DNA of 64,000 nucleotides, taken from Planctomycetota bacterium (GTDB lineage: Bacteria; Planctomycetota; Planctomycetia; Pirellulales; Pirellulaceae). Shown one piece after another: positions 47,196-57,900 of this stretch (the stretch's first letter is position 1; the number at the start of each line of letters is the position of its first letter). The DNA lies in assembly GCA_963581185.1 (NCBI GenBank), contig CAUZOB010000001.1, positions 14,826 through 78,825 on the forward strand, written 5' to 3'. Made by a program: the position numbers and the translations under genes. Under the pieces are notes generated by a model, which worked only from the letters and a program-made list of their open reading frames with translations, did not search any database and was not told the origin of the DNA.

Positions 47196-48677
47196 CTAGC
47201 TCTCAAAAACCTCGCGGACCACGTGCGACTCATCCGGACCGGTCAAGCGCTGGTCCAGGCCCTGGTAGAAGAATGCCAGCTGCTCGTGATCGAGTCCCAT
47301 CAGGTGCAGGATCGTGGCATGCAGGTCGGAGACATGCACGGGCCTGTCAATGCTGCCGAAGCCAAAGTCGTCGGTCACGCCGATCGCCTGACCACCTCGC
47401 ACGCCACCACCGGCCAACCACATGCTGAAAGCATGCCAGTTGTGATCGCGGCCTGGCTTATCAACTCCCTCACTCGTCGGCGTGCGGCCAAACTCGCCGC
47501 CCCAGACAAACAGCGTCTCGTCCCAGAGGCCACAGTCCTTCATATCCTGCATCAATGCCGCCATCGGACCATCTGTTTCTCCGGCATGCAGCTTGTGGTT
47601 CGTAATGCAATCTGTATGGCCGTCCCAGGTATCCTCGATATGTCCGCCGCCGGAATAGAGCTGGACAAACCGCACTCCCTTTTCCAGCAAGCGTTTGGTA
47701 ACCAGGCACTTGCGGCCAAAGTCACTTGTGAGCGGGTTATCCAGCCCGTATCGCTCGTGCGTCTGCTTGGATTCTCTACCCAGGTCAACAACACCCTGGG
47801 CAGCAGATTGCATGCGAAAAGCGAGTTCGTACGATTCAATTCGAGCTGCCAGTTCTGATTCTCGCTGGCGTTGCAGCAGGTGCTGCTTGTTCAGTTTTCC
47901 CAGCAGGTCGAGGCTGCGGCGCTGACCCTCAGGGCTGATGCCGGCCGGGTTGTTGAGGTTCAACAGCGGCACGTCGCCGCTGCGAAAATGTGTACCCTGG
48001 TAAGCGGCCGGTATGTAGCCGCTGCTCCAGTTCGACGCGCTGCCAATCGGCCCTCCGCGGGGATCGATCATCACCACGTAGCCGGGCAGGTTCTGGTTAA
48101 ATGTCCCCAGGCCATAGTTGACCCAGGAGCCCAGGCTGGGACTGCCAATCCCCACCTTGCCGGTATTCATCTGGATACAACCCGAGGCATGGGCCGCCGT
48201 GTCGGTGTACATCGAACGAATCACACAAAGATCGTCGGCATGTTTGGAGAGCTGCGGGTAGAGGCTGCTGATCGGCAAGCCACTCTCGCCGAACTGTTTG
48301 AACGGGAACGGTGACTTCATCAAGTAACCAATCGGTCGGCCGTTCGATCCAACCTCCAACTCACCCACGTACTTCTCCCCATCATGCTTGTCCAGCATCG
48401 GCTTGGGGTCGAACGTGTCGACCTGGCTCGGCCCGCCATTCATGAAGAAGAAGACGCAGCGGGTTGCGCGGGGCTTGAAGTGCGGTTCTCTGGGTGCCAG
48501 CAGCCCCTCTGGACCGGTCTGGGGTTCGGCCTGCAGTTGATCGAAATAGCCATCGCGACTGAGTAGATCCAGCAGGGCCAGGCCGGTAAACCCCGCTCCC
48601 CCTTCCCACAACATCTGGCGACGTGTCTGGCCACAGCCTGTCTGGTTGGGAATCAGCTGTCGATGTGAGGTTGTCAT
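47196..48677 (-). CDS. DUF1501 domain protein (Tat signal)
   Basis: I prefer ATG 48677 (MTTSHRQLIPNQTGCGQTRRQMLWEGGAGFTGLALLDLL). The family block is VWGGEFGRTPTSEGVDKPGRDHNWHAFSMWLAGGGVRGGQ. It lies 23 nt downstream of a DUF1549/DUF1553 gene. Confidence 0.9.
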   Translation of the reverse strand: MTTSHRQLIPNQTGCGQTRRQMLWEGGAGFTGLALLDLLSRDGYFDQLQAEPQTGPEGLLAPREPHFKPRATRCVFFFMNGGPSQVDTFDPKPMLDKHDGEKYVGELEVGSNGRPIGYLMKSPFPFKQFGESGLPISSLYPQLSKHADDLCVIRSMYTDTAAHASGCIQMNTGKVGIGSPSLGSWVNYGLGTFNQNLPGYVVMIDPRGGPIGSASNWSSGYIPAAYQGTHFRSGDVPLLNLNNPAGISPEGQRRSLDLLGKLNKQHLLQRQRESELAARIESYELAFRMQSAAQGVVDLGRESKQTHERYGLDNPLTSDFGRKCLVTKRLLEKGVRFVQLYSGGGHIEDTWDGHTDCITNHKLHAGETDGPMAALMQDMKDCGLWDETLFVWGGEFGRTPTSEGVDKPGRDHNWHAFSMWLAGGGVRGGQAIGVTDDFGFGSIDRPVHVSDLHATILHLMGLDHEQLAFFYQGLDQRLTGPDESHVVREVFES

Positions 48678-48700
48678 CTGGGGAGCTCCGTCACGATTTA

Positions 48701-50968
48701 TCAATCGGAATATACGATTTCGTTGAGGTTCAATAAGATTCGGCAGAACTGCACCAGGGCAACATGCTCGGGGGCCATGCCGGCCTGGTCCGGCTGCCTG
48801 CGAGCGAGCTCGGTTTCCTGCTCAAGGAATTCCAGCGTCACTCGCTTTTCCTGCCCGCTGGGGAATCGAGAGAGTGCCAGCCGATAAGCAAGTCTCACCT
48901 GGTCCACCGGCCTGGGTCCTGCTTCGCTAACTAGCCTGTCTGCCAGGTAGCCGGCCTGGCGATTGACAAAGTCGCCGTTGAACATCGTCAGCGCCTGCGG
49001 CGCGACGCTGGTAACAAGTCGCTCGGGGGCAGGACGCGTCGTGTCGCAGAGGTCCAGTACCTCCAGGAACGGTACGATCAACGATCGCTTGACATAAGCA
49101 TAGATGGTGCGGCGATTGGCACTCTGTTCATCGAAAGCTGGCCAGATCGACCTCTTGTCGGCATGACCGTCGAGCGCCTCGCTGGGCACAAAGGGATACA
49201 TGCTGGGGCCATACATGGTGCGATCCAGCTTGCCGCTGATGGCCAGCAGCGAGTCACGAATTGCCTCCACTTCAAGCCTTACATAGGGCTTGCGCCACAA
49301 TAACAGGTTCTCAGGGTCTTCGTCGTAGTACTTGTCGTTACCAACCGTCGACATGCGGTAGGCGTTGCTGGTCATGATCAGCCGATGCAGCTTTTTCATC
49401 GACCAGTTGGCATCGTGGACGAACCAGTGGGTCAGCCAGTCGAGCAACTGCTGGTGAGTCGGTGGCGTGCCCATCACGCCAAAGTCGCTGGGCGTGCGCA
49501 CAATACCGGCCCCGAAATGATGCTGCCAGATGCGATTGACAATCACGCGTGCCGTAAGAGGGTTCTCGGGGCGGGCGATCCAGCGGGCCATTGTCAGTCG
49601 GCGGCGCGTCGTTCGCTCACTCGCCGCCAGGAACTCAGGCTGCCCACGCGTCAGCACCGTTGGGACTCCCGGTTGGACCACCGGTCCCGGACTGCTGGCA
49701 CTGCCTCGCACCAGCAAGTGTGTGATCGGTGGCTGGGGGGAGGGCTCAACATAGAAATAGCCATTTGGCAGATCAGGCATCTCCTTGCGCAGTTGCTCGA
49801 TCTGCTTGAGTCCCTGCTGGCAGGTCTCGGCCGCTACTGGTTCCATCAATGGTGACAGCTCCTTGACGATCTGGGCCAGCTGCCCGCCAATCCGCTGCTG
49901 TTCGTCCCCCGTCAGCGTGCCCCACTCCTTGACCAGCAGGCTGCGGACATTCTCCGGCAGGCTGGTTTCGATCTGCTCCGCCTTGAGTTTCTCCAGCAGC
50001 AGGCGGGCTCCCGCCTGGTAGGCCTGGTGAACCTGTTTGCGCTGGCTGCTGATCGCAGCCCTGGCTGTATTCAGCTTTGCCACTTCTGCGACCGAGCCTG
50101 CCGGTGAGTCGAGATCGGTACGGCCACTTTGCGGTCGTTGCAGGGGGTCCAGGACTGCGATCATGCGGTAATAGTCATGCTGCGTGTAGGCTTCAAACTT
50201 GTGGTCATGGCAGCGTGCGCAGGCCAGCGTGATACCGAGGAATGTCTGCGAGGTGGCATTCAGCATGTCATCCAGCTGATCGAAACGATCCTGGGGGAAG
50301 TCAGCTGGCTCATCATCCCAGGGCCCCAGTCGGTAGAAGCCGGTGGCAATCATCGATTCCGTGCTGGCATCGTCCAGCTCGTCGCCGGCCAGCTGTTCCA
50401 GCACGAAGCGGTCGTAGGGCTTGTCGTCATTGAAGCTGCGGATCACGTAATCACGAAATCGCCAGACGCTTGGCTTGCCGGCGTCGCGCTCGTATCCATT
50501 TGTCTCGGCAAATCGCACCAGGTCCAGCCAGTGGCGTCCCCAGCGCTCACCATATCCCTTGTCAGCGAGCAGGTCGTCGATGTACGTGTCGAAGGCCTCG
50601 GGAGACGGTTGTGAGAGCAACAAGTCCTGTTGCTGCAGGGTCGGTGGCAGACCGACCAGGTCCAGCGAGATGCGTCTCAGCAGCGCATTCGCGCTGGCAG
50701 CTTCGGCTGGATGCCAGCCGCGCCGTTCAAGTTTATGCAGGATGAAGGCATCGATTTCGTTGCGGACCCAGCGGGTCTGTCGGGTTTCCGGAACGGCCGG
50801 CCTTTTGACAGCTTGAAAGGCCCAGTGCTCACGATCCTCGTCGGTCACCGATGCGTCTGCCCTGACCAGTTCATCAGCCGGCTTGTCCTGCGACCAGGCA
50901 GGCAGGGCCATGCCGAGCAGGAGCAGCAATGAAGCACATGTTCGGTAAGAGTTGGCTTGTCCTATCAC
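48701..50968 (-). CDS. DUF1549/DUF1553 domain protein
   Basis: 755 aa with a GTG start at 50968 and a signal peptide. It has IDAFILHKLERRG, LLRRISLDLVGLPPT and CARCHDHKFEAYTQHDYYRM. The C-terminus ...FCRILLNLNEIVYSD is typical of the family. Confidence 0.9.
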   Translation of the reverse strand: MIGQANSYRTCASLLLLLGMALPAWSQDKPADELVRADASVTDEDREHWAFQAVKRPAVPETRQTRWVRNEIDAFILHKLERRGWHPAEAASANALLRRISLDLVGLPPTLQQQDLLLSQPSPEAFDTYIDDLLADKGYGERWGRHWLDLVRFAETNGYERDAGKPSVWRFRDYVIRSFNDDKPYDRFVLEQLAGDELDDASTESMIATGFYRLGPWDDEPADFPQDRFDQLDDMLNATSQTFLGITLACARCHDHKFEAYTQHDYYRMIAVLDPLQRPQSGRTDLDSPAGSVAEVAKLNTARAAISSQRKQVHQAYQAGARLLLEKLKAEQIETSLPENVRSLLVKEWGTLTGDEQQRIGGQLAQIVKELSPLMEPVAAETCQQGLKQIEQLRKEMPDLPNGYFYVEPSPQPPITHLLVRGSASSPGPVVQPGVPTVLTRGQPEFLAASERTTRRRLTMARWIARPENPLTARVIVNRIWQHHFGAGIVRTPSDFGVMGTPPTHQQLLDWLTHWFVHDANWSMKKLHRLIMTSNAYRMSTVGNDKYYDEDPENLLLWRKPYVRLEVEAIRDSLLAISGKLDRTMYGPSMYPFVPSEALDGHADKRSIWPAFDEQSANRRTIYAYVKRSLIVPFLEVLDLCDTTRPAPERLVTSVAPQALTMFNGDFVNRQAGYLADRLVSEAGPRPVDQVRLAYRLALSRFPSGQEKRVTLEFLEQETELARRQPDQAGMAPEHVALVQFCRILLNLNEIVYSD

Positions 50969-51184
50969 GATCTTCTGGTCCGGAAAATCAAGTTACGATT
51001 ACAACAGAAAATGAGTCCAGCGCGAGTCTCACTATCGTAACGTCTAGCGATTCTGGTCTCAAACGAACTGTTGCCTGAGTCTGACAAAGTACAGCTGGCG
51101 AGACTGAGCATTGCAATTGCCAGTGGCAGAATGGATAAATGATCAGACAGCATTGAGTAAGTGACCAAGGTCGGAGAACAGGAC

Positions 51185-52543
51185 ATGAACATTCCCCTAC
51201 GAGCACTGAATCGTCGTGGCTTCCTGGCCGCTGGAACTGCAGCCGGCCTGGCCGGTTTGCATGGTTCCCACTCACTGGCCGCTGGCGAGCCTCCTGGGGT
51301 CCGTCGCCCTCGAGCGACCGATGGGGATGACCGCTTCGAACCTGACTGGGAAGAACGCCTGACCTTGACGGTCGGTCCAAAGAAAGCGGACCTGGTTGGA
51401 AGCGACGACAAGGTGATCCAGGCAGCGGTTGATTACATCGCCCGCCTGGGTGGTGGCACGGTCAAAATTCTTCCCGGCACCTACACGCTCAGGAATGCCG
51501 TCTCACTTCCCAGCCGCATCCGGATTGTCGGCAGCGGTTCCGACTCGATCATTACCAAGATCCCCTCGACCACCGTGGCGATCTCAGCTGACTCCGATTG
51601 GTATGACCAGGAAGTGACCGTCAAGGATGGCAAGGCCTTCAAGGTCGGAGATGGAGTTGTGCTGCGGACCAAGAACGCCAGCAACGGGAGCAACGAGGTG
51701 ATCAAGCGAACGCTGGTCGCTCGCTCCGGTAACCGTTTCAAGATCAACGACGGCCTGCGCAAGAATCTCTGGCTCAGTGGCAAGCCAACCATGTCGTCCC
51801 TGTTCCCGCTGTTTACCAGCGAGTACAGCTCGGATGTCTTGATCGAAAATCTGACATTCGACGGTAACCTCACGAACAACGAAAACCTGAACGGCAATTA
51901 CGGTGGCTGTATCTTCCTGCAGGATTGCAACCGCTACACGTTCAAGAACGTGGAAACCCGCAACTACAATGGCGACGGGATCAGCTTCCAGATCTGTCAC
52001 GATATCGTCGTGGATAACTGCTTCAGTCACGACAATGCGGACCTCGGGATCCATCCGGGCAGCGGTTCACAGCGGCCGCAGATAAAACGCAGCCGAATGG
52101 AAGGCAACACGATTGGCCTGTTCTGGTGCTGGGGAGTCAAGTTTGGCCTGGCCGAGAACAACACCATGGATGGCAACCGCAACTATGGCATCTCGATCGG
52201 TCATTGTGATACCGACAACGTGATGCGGAACAACCAGGTGCTCAATAGTGGCAAGGTCGGTATCCTCTTCCGCGACGATGCCCGTGGTCAGGATTTCTGG
52301 GCCAACCGAAATGTCATAGAAGGGAACCGCGTGGTGAACAGCGGCGGGGATGATGGAGTTGCCATTGATATCCACGGCCAGACGCGCGACACGCGGATCG
52401 TCGACAACGAGATCCTGGAAATGCGGGATCCCGTCAAGCGAACCGGAATTCGGATTGCCGCCAAGGCGGGCGTGGTCGAAATGAACGAAAACAGGATCCG
52501 TGGATTTGCCGTCGATATCAACGACCAAAGATCGGGCGGATAG
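51185..52543 (+). CDS. Tat-exported right-handed parallel beta-helix repeat protein
   Basis: ATG 51185 follows GGAGAA. The twin-arginine leader is MNIPLRALNRRGFLAAGTAAGLAGL. Then come GGGTVKILPGTYTL and periodic beta-helix turns (FDGNL, MEGNTIG, MDGNRNYGISIGH, IEGNRVVN, VDNEI). Confidence 0.75.
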   Translation: MNIPLRALNRRGFLAAGTAAGLAGLHGSHSLAAGEPPGVRRPRATDGDDRFEPDWEERLTLTVGPKKADLVGSDDKVIQAAVDYIARLGGGTVKILPGTYTLRNAVSLPSRIRIVGSGSDSIITKIPSTTVAISADSDWYDQEVTVKDGKAFKVGDGVVLRTKNASNGSNEVIKRTLVARSGNRFKINDGLRKNLWLSGKPTMSSLFPLFTSEYSSDVLIENLTFDGNLTNNENLNGNYGGCIFLQDCNRYTFKNVETRNYNGDGISFQICHDIVVDNCFSHDNADLGIHPGSGSQRPQIKRSRMEGNTIGLFWCWGVKFGLAENNTMDGNRNYGISIGHCDTDNVMRNNQVLNSGKVGILFRDDARGQDFWANRNVIEGNRVVNSGGDDGVAIDIHGQTRDTRIVDNEILEMRDPVKRTGIRIAAKAGVVEMNENRIRGFAVDINDQRSGG

Positions 52544-52585
52544 ATCGACAGGCGATTACTTGCTCCCGACAGGAAAGGGCCCAGC

Positions 52586-54199
52586 ATGTCCCTGCAACGC
52601 GTTACCCTGGCCATCACGCTGGCCGCCAGCCTGCTATCAGCATCCTGGTTGATAGCTCACCCGCAAACGCGGCAGCGATTCCTCCGTCAGCAGGACGCCA
52701 GGCGCGGACAAGTCCAGTCGCCGCTGCGGACCAGTCAACCGCTGTGCGAGCTGACGCTTGATTTGATCCTGCCGGGCCAGCGCAAGCCGGTACCTGGCAA
52801 TGTGCGGATCACCCCAGTCGGTGCGGACAAGCCGCTGGATATCGGCGAGCTGGTGCAGCGCGAGCTGGGCTGGTTCGCATTCGCTGCCGGCGAGACGATC
52901 CATCTGCCGAGGGCCAATTACAAGGTCGAAATCCTGCAGGGGATCGAGTCGCTGGTGGAGACACGCCAGCTGGATTTGACCGGCAAAACACGAGCCAGGC
53001 TGAAGGTCTCCACGCAGTCGTTTTATTCAACTCAATCGCAGGGCTTGCAGAGCGCCAACACGCACCTGCACTTGATGAAGTTGACCTATAGCGAGATGGA
53101 CCACTACTTGCGTACCGTTCCACAGGCCGACGACCTGGATCTGCTGTTCGTGTCTGTTCTGAGACGGATTCCGGATGAACGCGACTATATCACCAACCGC
53201 TTCAATCCCGCTGACGTGGAACGTTTTGGCCGCGATGGGATCCAGCTCGGTTTTGGTGAGGAACACCGTCACAATTTTGGACGGGGTGGTGAGGGTTTTG
53301 GCCATGTGATGCTGCTGAATATTCCCCAGCTGGTGCGGCCCGTCAGCATCGGCCCAGGCATCATGCGCAGTGGCACCGATGGAATTCCACTGCGTCGAGG
53401 CATTCTCAAGACACATCGAGATGGTGGCACGGTGATCTGGTGCCATAACACGTTTGGCCATGAGGATCTTCCCAGCTGGACCGAGGGACTGGTCCACGCT
53501 CAGAATATTTTCGATGGCGGCAGCCGCGGTGAGTACGATGTCTCCTTCTATCGCTACCTTGACCTGGGAATGCGAGTTCCTTTTTCAACCGGCACCGACT
53601 GGTTTATCTACGACTTCAGCCGTGTCTATGTGCCGCTGGCCGGGAAACTGACTCAGCGACGCTGGCTTGAGCAACTGGCTGCCGGCCGTTCATTTATTAC
53701 CAATGGCCCGCTGTTGGAATTCCAGGCGAGTGGACATTCGATCGGTGACACGATTCAGCTCGCTGAGGCAGGCGAGATCACGCTCTCTGGTCGTGCCCTT
53801 GCCCGTGAGGATTTTTCGCATCTTGAACTGGTCCACAATGGCACAGTGATCGAGCGATTTGCGACCCGGCCGGTGGATGGCCATTTTGAAGCCAGCATGA
53901 ACAAGACCGTGTCGCTGACTGAGCCGGGCTGGTTCGCTCTCAGGACCTCGACTGAGGCGGGGAATAATGCGTTTGGCAAGCCGCTGTTCAGTCACACCAG
54001 CCCGATCTACGTCCAATACCAGGGCCGCGATCGATTTGAGCCTAAGGTGGCCGAGGGGATGGTCCGCGAGATGGAAGCAAGCATGGAGTATATCGGCCAG
54101 ATGGCGGTCTTTGCCGATCAGCAAGAACGCGAGGCGATCATGGAAGTTTACCATTCGGCGATCGCCAAGCTGCAGGGCAGAATTCAGCGAGGAGAGTAA
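52586..54199 (+). CDS. Secreted CehA/McbA-like (PHP-type) metallohydrolase, putative
   Basis: 537 aa with a signal peptide. His/Asp-rich metal-ligand-like blocks are SANTHLHL, GEEHRHNFG, VIWCHNTFGHED and FSTGTDWF. The assignment is from motif memory only. Confidence 0.5.
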   Translation: MSLQRVTLAITLAASLLSASWLIAHPQTRQRFLRQQDARRGQVQSPLRTSQPLCELTLDLILPGQRKPVPGNVRITPVGADKPLDIGELVQRELGWFAFAAGETIHLPRANYKVEILQGIESLVETRQLDLTGKTRARLKVSTQSFYSTQSQGLQSANTHLHLMKLTYSEMDHYLRTVPQADDLDLLFVSVLRRIPDERDYITNRFNPADVERFGRDGIQLGFGEEHRHNFGRGGEGFGHVMLLNIPQLVRPVSIGPGIMRSGTDGIPLRRGILKTHRDGGTVIWCHNTFGHEDLPSWTEGLVHAQNIFDGGSRGEYDVSFYRYLDLGMRVPFSTGTDWFIYDFSRVYVPLAGKLTQRRWLEQLAAGRSFITNGPLLEFQASGHSIGDTIQLAEAGEITLSGRALAREDFSHLELVHNGTVIERFATRPVDGHFEASMNKTVSLTEPGWFALRTSTEAGNNAFGKPLFSHTSPIYVQYQGRDRFEPKVAEGMVREMEASMEYIGQMAVFADQQEREAIMEVYHSAIAKLQGRIQRGE

Positions 54200-54921
54200 T
54201 GGACGGACTCAATCACAGACCTGTTGCGAGGCTGGCGTGTTTCGCCTTCGTGATCTGTGCCTTGCTGCCATCGGTCAGCAGAGCCCAGCAGTCGGCCATG
54301 ATCTCGGTGTTCGATGCGATCGACAATGGCCAGCTCGATGTGCGCGTGGTTGCCAAACACGCCAATCAGCTGACCATCATGCTGCACAATACGACCGAGC
54401 AGCCTCTGGTCGTGAAGCTGCCGAGCGTCTTTGCTGCGGTGCCAGTTTTGCCGGAGCAGCAACGCTTGTCCGCTGCCAGCACCCAGCCACAATCGCTTGG
54501 TATCGGCTATTCATCGCCGACAATTCGCAAGGTTGCCCCGCCTGGTAATGGCCAGCTCTGGGGCGCTGTCAATTCAGGCGGCGTGTTGCAGGTGGGGCCC
54601 GGCCGCGTTGTCCGCCGCACACTCAGGTCAGTCTGCCTGGAGTACGGCAGTCCGGAGCCGACACCGAAGGACAAGTACAAGCTGGCTCGTATTGAGGATG
54701 TTGAGAGCAACAAGTATGTCAGCAGGCTGCTGGGTTATCTGCGAGCAGATTCACATCGAGTGATCCAGTTGGCGGCCTGGCACCTGAATAACAAGATGAC
54801 CTGGCAACAGCTGTCGACGATCCGAATTCCTCCCATGCCTGGCCGTCCTGGCGGTGTATTTCGGCAGCAGGAGCTGCAGACAGCTTATCGGCTGGTTGAG
54901 TTTCTGACGGAGAGTCCGTAG
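54199..54921 (+). CDS. Secreted hypothetical protein
   Basis: 240 aa with signal peptide ARLACFAFVICALLPSVSRAQQ. Its ATG shares one base with the upstream stop (TAATG). I recognise no motif. Confidence 0.6.
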   Translation: MDGLNHRPVARLACFAFVICALLPSVSRAQQSAMISVFDAIDNGQLDVRVVAKHANQLTIMLHNTTEQPLVVKLPSVFAAVPVLPEQQRLSAASTQPQSLGIGYSSPTIRKVAPPGNGQLWGAVNSGGVLQVGPGRVVRRTLRSVCLEYGSPEPTPKDKYKLARIEDVESNKYVSRLLGYLRADSHRVIQLAAWHLNNKMTWQQLSTIRIPPMPGRPGGVFRQQELQTAYRLVEFLTESP

Positions 54922-54931
54922 AGGTTGCAGG

Positions 54932-57900
54932 TTACCGCTTGGCCTGCAGGATCAGGCCGGCATAGCCCACCACGCGACTACTGTCGCCACTCACGTCTGC
55001 ACTGGTGGTATAGCCGACCTGGCTGCAGGAACCGAGCTGGCCCAGTTGCCGCAGGCACTGCATCACGATCACGGCAGGCCGCATGCCACACATGCTGATC
55101 TCTTTCTCTGTGACCGTTTCGTAAAGCTGAGCTGGATCCAGCGACTCCATCGCCGCCAGCGCGAGTGCGTCGACCTGGCGCGTCCGCTTGTCATTCGCAA
55201 AGTGATTCATGTCACTGGAGATGACCAGCAACGGCTGCTGCGGCAACGTGCCCAGCACGCCTGCCAGCTGATCTCCAAGGCCCTGGCAATCTGCCAGGCT
55301 GGCGTTGCCCACGGCGATTCCCACCACCCGTGTCTTCGGTGCCAGGCGCGATAGCAGCGGCAACTCAATTTCTATCCCATGTTCGTTTCGATGTGCCGCT
55401 TCATCCAGCTCCAGGCCGTCAATGCTGTCGGCCAGCACCTGGGCCAGTTCCATATCTGTCTCGATACGCTTTCCTGGAATGGACCAGGCGGCGTGTGGAT
55501 CGATCGCCCAGTCCGCCCCGAGTGGGGTGTGCTTGGGACTAATAATGATCACGGTGGAAGGGATCTCGACCCGCTTCAGTACATCGGCGGCCAGGCGGCC
55601 GGAAAAGACCAGCCCGGCATGCGGGACCATGACTGCCGCGGCAGCCATTTTTTCGTCGGGAATATCTCCCAGCAGATCGTCGGTCATGGCCGCCAGCTCG
55701 TCAGCGTCGCCGGGATAAAAACGTCCTGCCACGGCTGCAGCCCGGGTTGAGTTGTCATTCTCCTGGCTGGCCTGTCGCAGCATGCTGAATCGGAATGGGC
55801 TGGTCGTTGAAGCGCTGCGATAGCTGACCAGCTGCCAGTCCTTGAGGTGTGTGACCTTGGCGAGTTCACTCAGTTCATCGACGCCTTGTTGTGCTGACTG
55901 ACCGCGGTCGCTCAGCCAGGCACTCTGCTCACCGTCACTGATCACGATCGCTCGCTGTTGATCGATGGCGGCGGGATCGGCCGTCTCCAGGCTGCCGTGC
56001 GGAATTGGATCTTCCAGCAACAGTAGCTGTGGCTGCATCTGCTCAACGAATTGCCGTTTCACGTCCTGGCGGCCAAGAGCTCTGGCAAGGTTTTCAACCA
56101 GCTGGAACAAGGTGGCTTGTAGGGGAACCTTGTTGCCCGCTGAGAGTCGGCCTGATTGGATCGTCCCACCGCTGCCAGGGTCGGTCAGCTGCAGGGCAAG
56201 ACCGTGGATCATCATGTCCGGGCAGTTAGTGAGGTAATAGTTGGGAGTCGCACCAGCGATCAGTGCTGCCAGGTTCTGGCGGCTGTGGTCGGCCAGCGCA
56301 CTCAGCTCAGCTGGCTGCAGGAGGGCGGAATCGTCGATTGAGATTAGCACGCTGGTATCCCAGGCTGCCTCGATCACCTGGACTTCGAAAGTTTGCAGGC
56401 TGGCATCGTCCTGCTGCCAGGCATCTTCCGGCAGGCCGGCCTTGTGGCACACCCGTCGCAGGAACTGCTCGCTGTCCCAACCGAAGTCAACCGCCACGAC
56501 CGGAAGCAGCAGGCCACTCTTGTTACCCTGTCGGATGACCAGCCCGTGGTGACCTACCTGGATCACACTCTGGCGCTGGTCGGCGGGGATATCGACAGGC
56601 TGAAAATTGTGCAGCAGGGATATATCGACTTTCAGGCCCTCCAGTTCGGCTGGCGAAATGGGCGGAAAACGTCGATCTCGAGTTGCGGTGCTGACGGCAG
56701 CCTGTTGAAGCGCGTCGGCCAGCGAAAATGGTCGGTTCAATACCCCGCAACAGGCGCGCAACTGTTGGTCCTTCTTGAGCGTTACGAAGCAGCCCATCAC
56801 GGTCGAATCGGCTGCTGGACCAAGTGCATCTGCCAGGTCCGGGGAGGCGTCGCCTACGACTGCCTTAGCCAGCAGCTGGCAGGTGGCGCGGTGAACCCGC
56901 TGCTGGTCTGGTTCAGACAGCGGGCTGAAATCGGTATTGGGACTCGCCGATTGTGGCGAGTCAGCGGAAGAGGACATGGCGGGGTCCTGTAGTCGAGGAT
57001 TTGGCTTACTGGCGTAGTCCTGGATTCGCACGGGCTGGCGTTTACGGCCCCAGTCGCCGGGCTGGTCAGCAAATCGGCCGGCAACCTGGTGTCCACATTG
57101 GCCACACCTGTTGCCATCCAGCTGGTAGCTACCGAGCTCGTACCAATCTCGTTGAATCAGCAGCGTACTGCAGGACGGACAGTAAGTGCTCTGGTGCTGT
57201 TCGTCGTTGACATTGCCGACGTAAGCGTGACGTATTCCCTGTTCTTTCGCCAGCGAATGTGCACGTAGCAGCGTTTCGTGCGGCGTACGCGGCTTGTCGG
57301 TCATCCGGTAGTCGGGATGAAAAGCAGAAAAATGGACCGGCACGTCGTCCCCCAGGTTGGCCAGGATCCAGTCCACCATCCTGGAGAGTTCGTCGTCGCT
57401 GTCGTTTTCTCCAGGAATGATCAGGTTGGTAATCTCGAACCAGGTATCGCTTTCATCCGCCAGCCACTTGAGCGTGTCGAGTACAGGTTGCATGTGAGAG
57501 AGCGTGATCAGTCGATAGAAATCTTCGTTGAAAGCCTTGAGGTCGACGTTGGCTGCATCCATCACCTCAAAGAAGGGCTGACGAGCCGCTTCGGATATGT
57601 AACCTGCTGTGACCGCCACGGTCTTGATCCCCCGCTGGTGGCAGGCACGGGCTACATCGATTGCATATTCGGCCCAGATGACGGGGTCGTTGTAGGTGAA
57701 AGCCACACTCTGGCAACCGAGTTGCAGCGCTGCTTCGGCAATCGTCTCCGGGGTCGCTTCCTCACTCAGCTGTCGGATTTCCCGCGACTTGGAGATATCC
57801 CAGTTCTGGCAGAACTTGCAGCCCAGGTTGCAGCCAGCAGTACCGAAGGAGAGCACGCTGGTTCCAGGGTAAAAGTGGTTGAGCGGCTTTTTCTCGATCG

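Noticed and set aside
51090-51135. Small palindromes GCAATTGC and TGCCA-G-TGGCA in the divergent spacer, as a possible operator
   Set aside because: They are short enough to occur by chance, and there is no repeated copy or known binding-site consensus to anchor them.
50965-51411. 148-aa minus-strand ORF in the divergent spacer overlapping the start of the Tat beta-helix gene
   Set aside because: It overlaps a gene with a clear twin-arginine leader. The translation is Ser/Arg/Pro-rich and featureless.
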